This document shows, piece after piece, positions 19,002 to 29,198 of a stretch of 64,000 nucleotides of DNA (position 1 is the stretch's first letter; every line of letters starts with the position of its first letter). The stretch comes from Candidatus Thorarchaeota archaeon (GTDB taxonomy: Archaea; Asgardarchaeota; Thorarchaeia; Thorarchaeales; Thorarchaeaceae): positions 160,001-224,000 of the forward strand of contig CAVSBO010000003.1 of the NCBI GenBank assembly GCA_963726195.1. The letters are read 5' to 3'. The notes below the pieces were generated by a model. That model did not search any database, had not been told where the DNA came from, and saw only the letters and a list, made by a program, of their open reading frames with translations. A program made the translations under genes and the position numbers.

Positions 19002-20606
19002 TCATTGTTTCACGGAAGAGGCACTTGGAGAAGCGTTGAGCCGGGAGTACAGCAGCTTGTTGGTCTTGTAGATGTTGAGGAACTCGCCGTACAGCTCATC
19101 GTATATTCGATGATTGTCAGGATTCGGCTTGAAGACCTTCACTATTTTGGTGAGCTTGGGTATGTCCTCAACTGTGATGTAACCCAAACCAACAGCAGCG
19201 ATGAAGGCAGCGCCGCGTGCATTAGCCTGCATGGGGTCCCTTACCTGCTGGATTGTTCGGTCTAGCACATCAGCGTATATTTGGCACCATATATCCGACT
19301 GGGCTCCGCCGCCAATCATGTTGAGAGGGTCCATTCGTCTCTTGATGAAACTCTCCACTACGCCCAATAGCCAACGACTGTTGTAGGCAACACCTTCGAA
19401 GACAGCCCGGATGAGCTGGCCACGGCTTGTTTCTAGCGAAATGTTGTTGAACCCACCTCGCAGATAGCGATCCTCCACAGGAGCGCGTTCGCCATACAAC
19501 CAGGGAGTGAAGATTGTCTTGCCACTGCCAGCGGGAACCTGCTCCACAATCCGATCGAACTCTTGGTAAACCTCTCTGTTTCCGGCGCGTGACGGGTCAT
19601 TTGGATAGAAGACCTGGTCGCGCAGGTAGGCCAGACACGCCCCTGCACTTTCTTGTTCAGCAGGGATGAAATACAAGCCCGGGATGGCAGAAGGCAAAGA
19701 AGCTATGTTGTGGCCTATGTCGGTCTTCTTGAACCGCACGTGACAGCTCACCCAGCTGGATGTTCCAATGTAGATGTGCCCTTCATATTCCCGGACCGCA
19801 CCGGAGCCGACAACAGCTGACTGCAAGTCTGCAGCGCCGGTCATGACTTTCACGTCGTTCCCTAGGCCCAATGCACTGGCCACATCCTTGGCAAGTGGTC
19901 CCAGAACATCAGTCGAACGCATCAGCGGCGGCAACTTGGTCTTGTCAATCTTCATTCGCTTGATGAGGCCGTTATCATAGCGAACCTTGTTGATTTTTCG
20001 AGTGTTGGTCAACCAAAACAGGGTGATAGATGCAAAAGAAGCCGCAGCTTTGCCAGTGAGCTTCAGGTTAATGTAGTCTGTGGGTTCAAGAAACCAACGA
20101 GCCTGCTGATAGACTTCCGGATGCTCGTACTTGAGATACAGTACATGAGCAATAGGGTCCTTTCCGCTATGAGCTGCAATTCCTCCTGCCTTGCGTAGCC
20201 AGCGAAGTGCATCCAGCAACGGATATCCTGCTATCTTGATGTGCCCTGTGAGAGTGCGGTCAATGTACGGAGCTCCTCGAGAATCCATCCAGATAATGGC
20301 GTTGCCAATGTTGTCGCCATTCTCGTCCACGCTCACAGTTCCGGACCATTGACTAGTATTGCATACAGCAACAATATCCTTGGTGGGTACAAGTCTTCTA
20401 TCTATGAGCCGCTTTGCAGCTTTCAAAAATGCGGCCCACCAATCCTTCGGATTCTGTTCTGCGCCGCCGCCTGGATATAGGTACAGCGGGGTCGGCTCGA
20501 ACTCGAAACCGATGACATCTCCATTTGTCGATACAATAGCGGGTTTCATCCCAGAAGTGCCGTGATCAATGGCAAGAATGTATTTGACCTGGTGTGCAGC
20601 AGTCAT
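19002..20606 (-). CDS. FGGY family carbohydrate kinase (xylulokinase-like)
   Basis: AIDHGTSGMK, IIWMDSR, IGTS, PWLYGERAP, EGVAY, IGGGAQSDIW. Confidence 0.92.
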   Translation of the reverse strand: MTAAHQVKYILAIDHGTSGMKPAIVSTNGDVIGFEFEPTPLYLYPGGGAEQNPKDWWAAFLKAAKRLIDRRLVPTKDIVAVCNTSQWSGTVSVDENGDNIGNAIIWMDSRGAPYIDRTLTGHIKIAGYPLLDALRWLRKAGGIAAHSGKDPIAHVLYLKYEHPEVYQQARWFLEPTDYINLKLTGKAAASFASITLFWLTNTRKINKVRYDNGLIKRMKIDKTKLPPLMRSTDVLGPLAKDVASALGLGNDVKVMTGAADLQSAVVGSGAVREYEGHIYIGTSSWVSCHVRFKKTDIGHNIASLPSAIPGLYFIPAEQESAGACLAYLRDQVFYPNDPSRAGNREVYQEFDRIVEQVPAGSGKTIFTPWLYGERAPVEDRYLRGGFNNISLETSRGQLIRAVFEGVAYNSRWLLGVVESFIKRRMDPLNMIGGGAQSDIWCQIYADVLDRTIQQVRDPMQANARGAAFIAAVGLGYITVEDIPKLTKIVKVFKPNPDNHRIYDELYGEFLNIYKTNKLLYSRLNASPSASSVKQ

Positions 20607-20813
20607 GAACTTCAACCGACCAAGTCGTTGCTCTATGCTTCCCCGATTGAAAAGCACTTCGGGCAACGATAGGTGGCACGATTGAGCGCTTCTTCAAGAA
20701 GATTGGCGTCGGTTCCGCGATTTAATTGACAGCCTCAATGGTTCTCGGTGCCTCCAGCTGCACAGTAGACCTCAACAATGCTTATCATTGGGGCGCCTTG
20801 TTCCCTAAGATAT

Positions 20814-22316
20814 ATGGTCGGCAAGCAACACCCCCAAGTCACAGAACAGAGCGTTGAAAGGACAGAGTCGCAACAGGCCAAGCTAACGGCATATAGCGTC
20901 AAAGTCGGAAGGCACCTGCTTCATGCCTTGCCGTTAATCTTGGTCGCGCTAACTGTCATGTCATTGCTAAACATCGTTGCGCCGGTAATTCTGCTGTATG
21001 TTCTCATTGCAGTCCTAGCCATGTTTGCGTTCAATACCTTCATTCTCGGCCTATTAGCAAGCAGGACAAAGAGTGCATTTACGAAGAGACTGCAATTAGA
21101 GCGACAGAAGGGCAGGCCTTTGGATAGTCTCCAAGGGTTCGTCGCGATTAAGAGCGGCGTCAACAGAACAATCAACACTATCATGGCAGTATTCCTGCTC
21201 GGCCTCATAGTGCTGATTCTCTATGGAGGCTACGTGTTTGTGCTACTGAACGCACTGCCTGCGGAGCTTTCTCTTTGGGTTGCATATCTCGGCCTTGGAC
21301 TGGCTTTGGTGTGTTTCGGAGCATCTCTAATGGTTAGAAGCATTAGGATGGACATTACCTCTGTAACCGGCCTTTCTGATTTCTACAGGCCAACCTCACA
21401 TGAACTCGTACTGGAGAACTTCTTTGCGGATGTCTTTCGAGGACATCTCGACCCGATTGCGCGACTGAAGTGGGACGAATTCACTGAAGCCATTCGGCAG
21501 TGTCTGAAGCCAACCTTTGTCGAGGAAGTCCTCAAGAATGAGGCCGAGGAAAGCCCTGTGGCATTCGCGATGGAGAAGCTCCTGTACCTCCATTACATGG
21601 AGTATAGCGGGGTTCTCAGTTATCAGAAGGTCTTAGATGAACTTGGCGAGTTCTTGAATCTGCAGACGGATTACTATCATCCTGAGCGTGGAGCAAAGAT
21701 TGGTGGGCGATACTACTTTGGCGAAGAAGACATGAACCGCGTCTTCCGCCTAATCGAGTCAACGACACCAGCGGTCTTTGACTTGATTGATCGATTGCAG
21801 CTTGAGCTGATGGACAACATTTCAGTCATGTCTGCTGATCCAATCTATGTGGACGCGTCTGCGCAGGAAGTCTGCGTAAAGGACAGTGAATGTCATTTCC
21901 TGCTAATACTCTTCAACAACACGAAGGATGCGAGAGACTTTGCCGTGAGAATCACCGTGTCCGGACTTCAGCCAGCTGAGCTCAGAGTAAAGCTGTCAGC
22001 AGAGGGCAGAGGGAGTTTCGAGATTCCGTCGGAACCTGTCCCTCTAGTGAGCGACTCGAACAAAGATGTAGCACACATCCTTGCAACAATCTTGAAGAAC
22101 AGTGTCGCTCTCTGGCTGACTCTCGAACCACGCGACATAGGCGTTCAGACTCTTCAAGTGTTCGTGGAAGACGAGCAAGGTAGAGTGATTGAAGGAAAGA
22201 CCATGCCTGTGGCCATCATACGCAACATGCAGTATGTGCTCAGAAGGCTTACTTCTGTGGGTTCTATCGCTACAGGAGCTGTGGCACCGCTATTGCGCGC
22301 GTTGACACTTGGTTAG
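20814..22316 (+). CDS. Hypothetical membrane protein (4 TM, helical region, C-terminal beta-sandwich)
   Basis: 500-aa ORF, N-terminal hydrophobic hairpins. Confidence 0.75.
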   Translation: MVGKQHPQVTEQSVERTESQQAKLTAYSVKVGRHLLHALPLILVALTVMSLLNIVAPVILLYVLIAVLAMFAFNTFILGLLASRTKSAFTKRLQLERQKGRPLDSLQGFVAIKSGVNRTINTIMAVFLLGLIVLILYGGYVFVLLNALPAELSLWVAYLGLGLALVCFGASLMVRSIRMDITSVTGLSDFYRPTSHELVLENFFADVFRGHLDPIARLKWDEFTEAIRQCLKPTFVEEVLKNEAEESPVAFAMEKLLYLHYMEYSGVLSYQKVLDELGEFLNLQTDYYHPERGAKIGGRYYFGEEDMNRVFRLIESTTPAVFDLIDRLQLELMDNISVMSADPIYVDASAQEVCVKDSECHFLLILFNNTKDARDFAVRITVSGLQPAELRVKLSAEGRGSFEIPSEPVPLVSDSNKDVAHILATILKNSVALWLTLEPRDIGVQTLQVFVEDEQGRVIEGKTMPVAIIRNMQYVLRRLTSVGSIATGAVAPLLRALTLG

Positions 22317-22372
22317 TTTGTTCAGAGATGGCCGAGAGGCGTTGCCACTGGTCGGACCGAACTGGCCTCGGA

Positions 22373-23587
22373 CTACAGTGTCAACGCCTCGACGTTGCCC
22401 TTCGAATCAATTGACTCAATCGTAAGTGGTGATCCTTTGCCTCCGACCTTCTCCAGTTTGAGGTATTCTTGCATCATGCCAAGAAAGTCAAGTGGCATTA
22501 TGCAGCCCTCTGGAGGCAGGACACCCTTGGACGTGATTTTTCCGCGCTGCATCAACGCAGCACCGAATGCAGCAGGAATGCCCGTGCCCTCGCCCATTGC
22601 CTGCCCTCGGGATGCCAAGGAGAATATGTACTGATGAGATTCTCCATTTTCTTTCCCTGAAACAACAATCTTCACGCATCCTCGCTGTTCTCCAAAGTTA
22701 GTCTCCTTGAGTAAACGTTCGCGTTGTTCTATTATGTAGGATATTGTGGAATCCAGACTGGACGATTTCTGTCCCTTCCCACGTGCAGATTTGCCGCCGG
22801 GCAGGCCTTTCCGCACAACATCAACAATAAGCTGGAAGTACTCGTCAGGTAGCACTGTGCCTTTGTTAACAACTCGTCTACAACGGATGTACTTCGGGAG
22901 TGTCAGAATCTCAGGATGCGGATAGGGGTATACTCGATGAGGGCCAACCATCTGAAAGTCCACATTCTCCTGCAGTGCCACGCCCTCTTTGTCAAAGAAG
23001 CCAACCTTCTTGATGGTGCCGTTGACGTAGACTGGGATGTCAAGCTGCATGCAGTGTATCCTGTGTCCTATGACACCGGCGCCTTCAACGGGCTCACCAC
23101 CGTGAGCATGGTACAGGTCAATCGAATCCACGCTGTCCAGAAGACTGTCAGCAGTAAACTTCGCTAAGAGGTTGGTTACACCCGGAGAACTCCCCATGCC
23201 CATGCATGCGGATATCCCCGCATGTTTCGCCTCGCCATCCATCTTCAGCTGCATATCAGTTGCGTCAATATCATCACAGATATCGACGTAGTTGACGCCA
23301 GCCTCGATCGCCGCCTTCAATATCGGTGGCCCGAACTTGTAGAACGGACCGACACAATTCAGGACTACATCACTACCCTTGAGAGCCTTCAGCAAGCTTT
23401 CGTGGTCGAGCACGTCCACCTTCAAAGCGGACACGCACTCAGACCCAATTGAATCAACTAGGCTAGAAGCTTTCTTTGCGTCAATGTCGGCAACCACGAC
23501 CTCAGAGAAATCATGGAGATCCGCAACTGTTCGGGCAGCAACGCTTCCAACTGCGCCGCATCCACCAAGCACGGTGACTCTTGACAT
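22373..23587 (-). CDS. Saccharopine dehydrogenase-like oxidoreductase
   Basis: VLGGCGAVG, NCVGPFY.FG, YVDICDD, GMGSSPGVTN, GVLPPE. Confidence 0.9.
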   Translation of the reverse strand: MSRVTVLGGCGAVGSVAARTVADLHDFSEVVVADIDAKKASSLVDSIGSECVSALKVDVLDHESLLKALKGSDVVLNCVGPFYKFGPPILKAAIEAGVNYVDICDDIDATDMQLKMDGEAKHAGISACMGMGSSPGVTNLLAKFTADSLLDSVDSIDLYHAHGGEPVEGAGVIGHRIHCMQLDIPVYVNGTIKKVGFFDKEGVALQENVDFQMVGPHRVYPYPHPEILTLPKYIRCRRVVNKGTVLPDEYFQLIVDVVRKGLPGGKSARGKGQKSSSLDSTISYIIEQRERLLKETNFGEQRGCVKIVVSGKENGESHQYIFSLASRGQAMGEGTGIPAAFGAALMQRGKITSKGVLPPEGCIMPLDFLGMMQEYLKLEKVGGKGSPLTIESIDSKGNVEALTL

Positions 23588-23664
23588 GATTGCTGCTCAT
23601 GCTTCAATGAGGGACTTAAAGCCTGCCTCTTTGTATCTTGACTCGGTTTGTGCCTCTATTATGC

Positions 23665-24396
23665 TCACTGCCAGAGGCCACGGAACGTCGTCAGAACTGC
23701 CGCCGCTAAGATGGCGCTGACTATTGTGGCCGTGGTCCTCTCAACGAGCATAGCAGGGAAGATCACGTAACCAAAGAGAGCAGCGGGGAGACCGAGCAGG
23801 TAGACTGCTCCCATCGTCATCATTGAGAAATCGGTTATTGTTCCTATCAACGTGAAAGGCAACAGCCGTACGTACATCTTAAGACCCTTCGCGGTGGAAT
23901 CGATTTTCACTTCCCTCAGCTGAAGGCCTAGTGACAGAAGTGCCGCCAAGATGTAGGGAGTGACGAACCACCATGCCGAGTGATTAGGAATCAGATACAG
24001 AATGATTACTATAATCAGATACATGAACGTGAGAAGTGGTCCGGGTATTCTGCTTCCGTGCGCAGTGGTCATGCGCTTTAGGCAGAGGCCCGTGAAGAGC
24101 CCTGAAATGGCTGGGCCAAACACAACTGTTGGAACAATGAGAGGCACTCCTCCGACAAACACAGCAAGGTAGCCGCCGACAGCTCCACCGATGAGACCGA
24201 ATACACAACCCCTGGTGGGGCCTAGCAATATGCCAAATAACGGAGCCACACAAATCGTGAAGCTGATCGAGGCCGTGATGCCTGTAGCAACAATGAAGCC
24301 GCTGATAGGAAGAAGCGAACTCACACCATAGACACTCGCAAGGATAACTCCAACAACAAACATCTGAGTGCTGGACCTGCCGCCGACCAAGGTCAT
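23665..24396 (-). CDS. ECF transporter S-component-like membrane protein
   Basis: APLFGILLGP..G...GLIG motif, about 7 TM. Confidence 0.65.
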   Translation of the reverse strand: MTLVGGRSSTQMFVVGVILASVYGVSSLLPISGFIVATGITASISFTICVAPLFGILLGPTRGCVFGLIGGAVGGYLAVFVGGVPLIVPTVVFGPAISGLFTGLCLKRMTTAHGSRIPGPLLTFMYLIIVIILYLIPNHSAWWFVTPYILAALLSLGLQLREVKIDSTAKGLKMYVRLLPFTLIGTITDFSMMTMGAVYLLGLPAALFGYVIFPAMLVERTTATIVSAILAAAVLTTFRGLWQ

Positions 24397-24469
24397 CGTT
24401 TCTTCAGATTTGCCAGTATGTTCCTCTATCAAAGCTGCCGCCCGAGTCGGGAACTCTGTGGCGACCTTA

Positions 24470-26071
24470 TCATAATTGCGGTTCCCAAGACAGGACTGGA
24501 GACTTTCTGGACTTGGCCCCATTGACTCGCATGTAAGCCATTATGATCACGACCGTGAATAGCCCGGCGCCCAGCGGCGCAGCCCAAGGGAATATCGATA
24601 TCCACCAGTCATTCATGACAGTGAAGTTGACCGATGCCATGGATTCGTTATCTAGAAGTGGATAGTGTTCTCCCTTCCACGTCACGTTAATCGTCAACCT
24701 GTAGTTTTCATTCGGGAAAAGGAAGGTGTTTACGTCCAACCGCCAGCAAGAGTTGCTCACATTTCGGCCCTTGAAGACTGTACTAGGCTGCAGTTGTTGC
24801 CCCTGACCGGTCTCCTCGTCCAGCATGCCCTTAACAGAATTGAGGTCGCATCTATGGCATTGTCGGAAGACACCTTTTGTGGCACTGAAGTTGATCTCAC
24901 AGTAGGCTAGCCCAGAAAGAGGCCCGGCGGATAATGCACCGTCGGCTTCGTGCATCGCTACTGAAGACTGTACTAGATCGTCAGACAGAACCAGAGGTTC
25001 GGGATATTCCCATTGTGCAACGTCCCCAGTGAGAGCATACCTAAGACAGACAGCAAGGAACACGCCCATGAATTTGTCAGACAGCATTATGTCGCTTGCC
25101 ATGATTCCTGAATGAATGACCATGCCGCGTCCGTATCTGTGAACATATGCGGCTACTGGATTACCAGTGCATTCGCTCTGATTGACGAAGTTCCAGTAAC
25201 CGATGACCTCGGTCCCTGTGAAGTTCTCCAGACGATTCTCTTCATGACCTCCGTAGGATGTGGATATGTTCTCACCGAGCGCACTCCTGATATAGTCGCT
25301 GAGAGCATTCGTTGTATTCACCATGAATGCGTTGTAGTGTTTGCCCCACCAGTACCTCCAGTAGTTGCTCCCGATCCAGTTCCTGTTTTCGTCAGGCCAT
25401 CTGTGATCGACCAATCTCCAAGCGTGGGTCCCGTTGAATTCCCAACCGTGACCTTTGACTAGACTAAGATAGCCGTTAGAATACTTAACCTCAGCATAGA
25501 AGTTGCATGCATCCATGAGTATCAGCGTGCCCCCAGACTCCACGAATTGCTTGTAGTAAAGGTACTCCCTCTGTGTGACATATTCGGTGAACCCCAGTAT
25601 CAAGACATCGTACTTCCTCACACCATTGTCGAAGAGTGCACCCTGGTCTACCTGGATCTCGTCAACGACTATCACGGTTTCATTAAGCACTAGATGGAGA
25701 GAACGGGCGGCATCAGTACCAAACCACCCAGCAAGATTCTCGCTCCACCCCCACTTTGGGACTATTGTTCTGTTCAGGAGGTTCAGGTCTGTTGTAACGT
25801 ATTGCCCCCAAGGCAGGGACATGTATCTGGAGTAGAATACGTAGAAAGCATTCGTGTAGGCAGTCGCAGAAAAAATGGGCTTGACGATAGCAATCCTGTT
25901 CTCATCCGAGGCTGGGGAGGCCTTCATCTGCTGGGTCACTCCTGCTAAGGTATTCGTACTGCCTGCACTCACGGGAGATGTTGAATAACCAAAGGATGCG
26001 AGAAGTATCAAAAGAAAAGCCAGTCCTATGATTCGAGAATGGCCATTTCCCCCTCCTCTAGCCTTCGCCAT
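24470..26071 (-). CDS. Secreted, C-terminally anchored protein with N,N-dimethylformamidase-beta-like domain
   Basis: Signal peptide; VKPIFSATAY and LILGFTEYVT...GGTLILMDACNFYAEV motifs; C-terminal TM. Confidence 0.65.
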   Translation of the reverse strand: MAKARGGGNGHSRIIGLAFLLILLASFGYSTSPVSAGSTNTLAGVTQQMKASPASDENRIAIVKPIFSATAYTNAFYVFYSRYMSLPWGQYVTTDLNLLNRTIVPKWGWSENLAGWFGTDAARSLHLVLNETVIVVDEIQVDQGALFDNGVRKYDVLILGFTEYVTQREYLYYKQFVESGGTLILMDACNFYAEVKYSNGYLSLVKGHGWEFNGTHAWRLVDHRWPDENRNWIGSNYWRYWWGKHYNAFMVNTTNALSDYIRSALGENISTSYGGHEENRLENFTGTEVIGYWNFVNQSECTGNPVAAYVHRYGRGMVIHSGIMASDIMLSDKFMGVFLAVCLRYALTGDVAQWEYPEPLVLSDDLVQSSVAMHEADGALSAGPLSGLAYCEINFSATKGVFRQCHRCDLNSVKGMLDEETGQGQQLQPSTVFKGRNVSNSCWRLDVNTFLFPNENYRLTINVTWKGEHYPLLDNESMASVNFTVMNDWWISIFPWAAPLGAGLFTVVIIMAYMRVNGAKSRKSPVLSWEPQL

Positions 26072-26697
26072 TTCATAGACCGCCCCTTGAACCTACAGTA
26101 AACTATTACATGCACCCAGATAAGCGTGTCGAGATGCGAAAGGAAGAAGAAGGCCTGTTGAGATTTCACTCCGTGTCCAGCTGCCGGATTTCGTAAACCA
26201 TTGTCTCCTGTCAAGCAAGAGAACATGGTCAGACCCGGTGCGGCCGCTCGCACCGGGTCACAACAAACTACGAACAAAGGAATTCCGTCAGGAGACTAGC
26301 AACCTGACCAACCGAGACCCAAGGGGTCATCGATTACTGGAATCCTTTTGGCACCTGATTTCCTCGAAGGCCTTTCACCGGAGGTGGTGCGATGGACGTC
26401 GTTCCCGTTACCAGACTTCACAAGACTGGACTGACTCTGTCTGCTCACTATCTCACCTCCGGATATGGCTCAGTGCGATTCGCCAATTCATCGTATTTCA
26501 AACCCGTCCACGATTGCCTAGTGTTCTCTCGATTATGGAGTCTACTGTGATTTCAAGCCTGAGGCCAGTTGGTTGCAGGTGCCAACTCAAGAAAAGCAGT
26601 GCTAACTCATGCAGTGAACAACCAGGCCCATCGATTCTTGCGAAATGAAATAGTCGATTCATGCTAAGGCTACATCGCCTTGCATACTATTATTGAA

Positions 26698-26870
26698 GGG
26701 GAAGCAAATAAAGACTTCCGTTGTCCGAAACTTACCCGTCTAGGACTTCTCCCAAACGGTGTTCGGTTCCTGCTTCACAGGGGAGCACCTGCCTTACGGC
26801 ATGAACCTCTCCACTCTTGCAGGCGTTTAACGTCTCCGCCCAACTGGCGGCGACGAACTCCAAATTCATC
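26698..26870 (-). ncRNA. Putative TnpB omega/reRNA with guide AAGTCTTTATTTGCTTCCCC
   Basis: Expected position overlapping the tnpB 3' end up to the right-end GG; 5' boundary approximate. Confidence 0.55.
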
Positions 26871-27928
26871 GCAGCATTAACGTCACGATCCATTTCAGAG
26901 CCGCAGACACCACACCTGAATGTCCGTTCGGTGAGCGTAATCTCCGCCTTGATTGCTCCACAGGCAGAACACCTCTTCGTGGACGGGAAGAACCTGTCCG
27001 CCTTCACGACGACGCTTCCATACCACTCGGCTTTGTATTCCAACATCCTTTGGAACTCGCAAAATGACGCATCAGCCAGCGACCCAGCGAGTATGTGATT
27101 CCGCATCATATTCCTTACTGCAAGGTCTTCTACGGCGATAACCGACTTGGTTTTCGCCAGCATCGTCGTAGCCTTATCCAACGCGTCTCTTCGAACACAT
27201 GAGACTCTGTAATGGCATTTCGCGAGTCGCATCTTGGCTTTCTTGCGGTTCGCACTGTCCTTCTGTTTCCGTGACAGACTTCGCTGAAGCCGCCTCAGCT
27301 TCGTGCCGTACCTTCTTAGCGCCTTCGGGTTCTCGATGACGGCTCCGTCATTCACCGTCGCTAGGTGCGACACGCCAACATCTACGCCGACCACAGGACC
27401 ATGGTTAACAAGGACATGGATCTCCTCTTCGACTTGGACGCTCACAAACCAGTGCCCCGCTCTCTCTGAGATTGTGGCTGAGAGAATGTGAACCCCAGAG
27501 ATGGGAAGATACTCCTTCTCCTTGAGTCTGACGAGACCTATGCGAGGAAGCTGCATGCAGTCTTGGTGAACTTTGATGGAGCCGGTCAGGCGGAAGCCCC
27601 CTATCCCACGTTTCCTGCTCTTGAAGCGTGGAAACCTGCTTCTGCCGTCGAAGAAGTTCCGAAATGCCTTGTCTAGGTCGCGCAGCGCCTCCTGTGGAGC
27701 GCACTTCGATACCTCATACATCCAAGGTAGCGTAGTCTTCTTGAGGCGGTTCAACTCGCGATGGAGGTCGATTGCCGTTGGGCTCTTCCCAGTAGCTTCA
27801 TACGAGTCCTGTTTACGCTGGAACCCCCAGTTGTAGGCGAACCGGGCTGCGCCAGCGTGTCTCAGGAGTGAGGTACGTTGGTCGTTGTCGGGATCCAACT
27901 CGGTCTTGTAGGCGCGTCTAATCAGCGT
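26732..27928 (-). CDS. tnpB: RNA-guided endonuclease TnpB
   Basis: RAYKTEL.P, RFAYNW, FPRFK, RuvC GVDVG / AVEDL / DRDVNAA, CSACG..CGVCG; likely start overlaps the tnpA stop (ACG or CTG). Confidence 0.92.
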   Translation of the reverse strand, partial: TLIRRAYKTELDPDNDQRTSLLRHAGAARFAYNWGFQRKQDSYEATGKSPTAIDLHRELNRLKKTTLPWMYEVSKCAPQEALRDLDKAFRNFFDGRSRFPRFKSRKRGIGGFRLTGSIKVHQDCMQLPRIGLVRLKEKEYLPISGVHILSATISERAGHWFVSVQVEEEIHVLVNHGPVVGVDVGVSHLATVNDGAVIENPKALRRYGTKLRRLQRSLSRKQKDSANRKKAKMRLAKCHYRVSCVRRDALDKATTMLAKTKSVIAVEDLAVRNMMRNHILAGSLADASFCEFQRMLEYKAEWYGSVVVKADRFFPSTKRCSACGAIKAEITLTERTFRCGVCGSEMDRDVNAAMNLEFVAASWAETLNACKSGEVHAVRQVLPCEAGTEHRLGEVLDG

Positions 27929-28142
27929 CTTTTGTCGCCTCCAGTGCCCGGTTCGCCCGATTCTTCGCCGCCCTCTTTCCATACAGTCGAGCGCAGAAGC
28001 TTGTCTTGGTCGGTATTTCTCGAACGAGAATCGTCCCAGTGGGCAGTTGTTCGGTCGGTCGGAGGAACTTGCCAGGACGGTACAGACGATATGCCGTTTT
28101 GTAGTCGATGCCCTGTTTTCGCGCCCAATCAGACAGTCTCAC
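27918..28142 (-). pseudogene. tnpA: IS607 TnpA serine recombinase lacking the catalytic domain
   Basis: MerR-like HTH (MRLSDWARKQGIDYKTAYRL) joined almost directly to the C-terminal TSFCARLYGKR motif; no YARVS. Confidence 0.85.
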
Positions 28143-28205
28143 AGTATCATCTGTCTATGCGTGGTGCTATTTGGCGTTAAATCCCCCTTGCTGTTTCGAG
28201 CCCCT

Positions 28206-29198
28206 TCACACATAGAAGTCCCAAAAGTGCGTGAACTTGAATCCTCTTCCGATCGTCTTGTCATCGCCCCGTAGGTCAACGAAAGTCTTACCGTCCCAGG
28301 GATAGAATCTGAGGTTATGATCATCATCACACACGAGGAGGTCGGGATTTCCCGGATTTCGCCAGTGCCCAACGACGTAAACCCACTTGTCTTTGAACCC
28401 TTCTCCCACTTTGGGATATGGACCGTCTGCAAAGACATTGAGAGTCTCTTTCGGATTGAGCTGGCCATACCGATAGAAGGTCAGCTTCCCATCCTTGTGC
28501 CGGGCAATGATAGAGGGAACGCGACTGCCCATCCACTCATCGACAAGCAGGTGAGTGAATTCTTTCCCGAATCCTCGCCCCACTTTCCGCGGCTTTGCAT
28601 CCTTGAAGCTCTTGCCATCAAAGGCATAGACGTGCAAGTCCCCGTCGTCATCTCGGGCGAGGAGGTCTGGATATGTAGTGCCATTCCAGTAACCTGGGTA
28701 CAAGTCCGGCCAATGCTCCTTGTCAAAGCCTTGGCCCACCTTCTCTGAGAACCCCAAATCCCTGAACTTAGAACCATCCCATGGAAACAGGCGCAAGTTC
28801 CCCTCATCATCACGAACCAACAGGTCGGACATACCTTGGCCCGTCCATTCAGCAACATAGTAGTCCCAGTCTGCCTTGAATCCTCGGCCTACTTTGTCTC
28901 CTGAACCCTTCGCGCCTTTGAACGTCTCTCCAACGAATGGGTAGTGCTTCAAATCGCCATCCTTGTCGATGACGATTAGCGAGGAGCCACCGCCAATCCT
29001 TCTATGCTGTGTACTCCCGCCACTTGGCATCCAGTACCCAACCAAGTACTTCTCGAAGTTGAATCCGCTGCCAACCTCTCGACCTGATTCTTTGTGCTCT
29101 TCTTTCTCAGAAGGATAGAACGTGTACCTCGTCCCCTGCTTAAACATAGGGTACCATTTGAGGTCACCATTCTCTTTTCTCACAATAAGACCGGGCAT
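28206..29198 (-). CDS. Six-repeat beta-propeller protein (FG-GAP/tachylectin-like), no signal peptide
   Basis: 6 x ~52-aa PDLL.RDD.G.L..YP.DG..F.....KVG.GF repeats. Confidence 0.78.
   Translation of the reverse strand: MPGLIVRKENGDLKWYPMFKQGTRYTFYPSEKEEHKESGREVGSGFNFEKYLVGYWMPSGGSTQHRRIGGGSSLIVIDKDGDLKHYPFVGETFKGAKGSGDKVGRGFKADWDYYVAEWTGQGMSDLLVRDDEGNLRLFPWDGSKFRDLGFSEKVGQGFDKEHWPDLYPGYWNGTTYPDLLARDDDGDLHVYAFDGKSFKDAKPRKVGRGFGKEFTHLLVDEWMGSRVPSIIARHKDGKLTFYRYGQLNPKETLNVFADGPYPKVGEGFKDKWVYVVGHWRNPGNPDLLVCDDDHNLRFYPWDGKTFVDLRGDDKTIGRGFKFTHFWDFYV

Larger units (their letters stand above)
26718..28185 (-). mobile_element. IS607-family element (non-autonomous; deleted TnpA plus TnpB)
   Basis: Bounded by GG at both ends (AAGGGG|GATTTAAC ... 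CAACGG|AAGTC); rejoined flanks recreate a perfect hairpin. Confidence 0.88.

Noticed and set aside
26732-27982. Cas12f or domesticated nuclease-dead TnpB; N-terminal extension from 27982
   Set aside because: No array is present, catalytic residues and IS ends are intact, and the extension is just the overlapping tnpA frame
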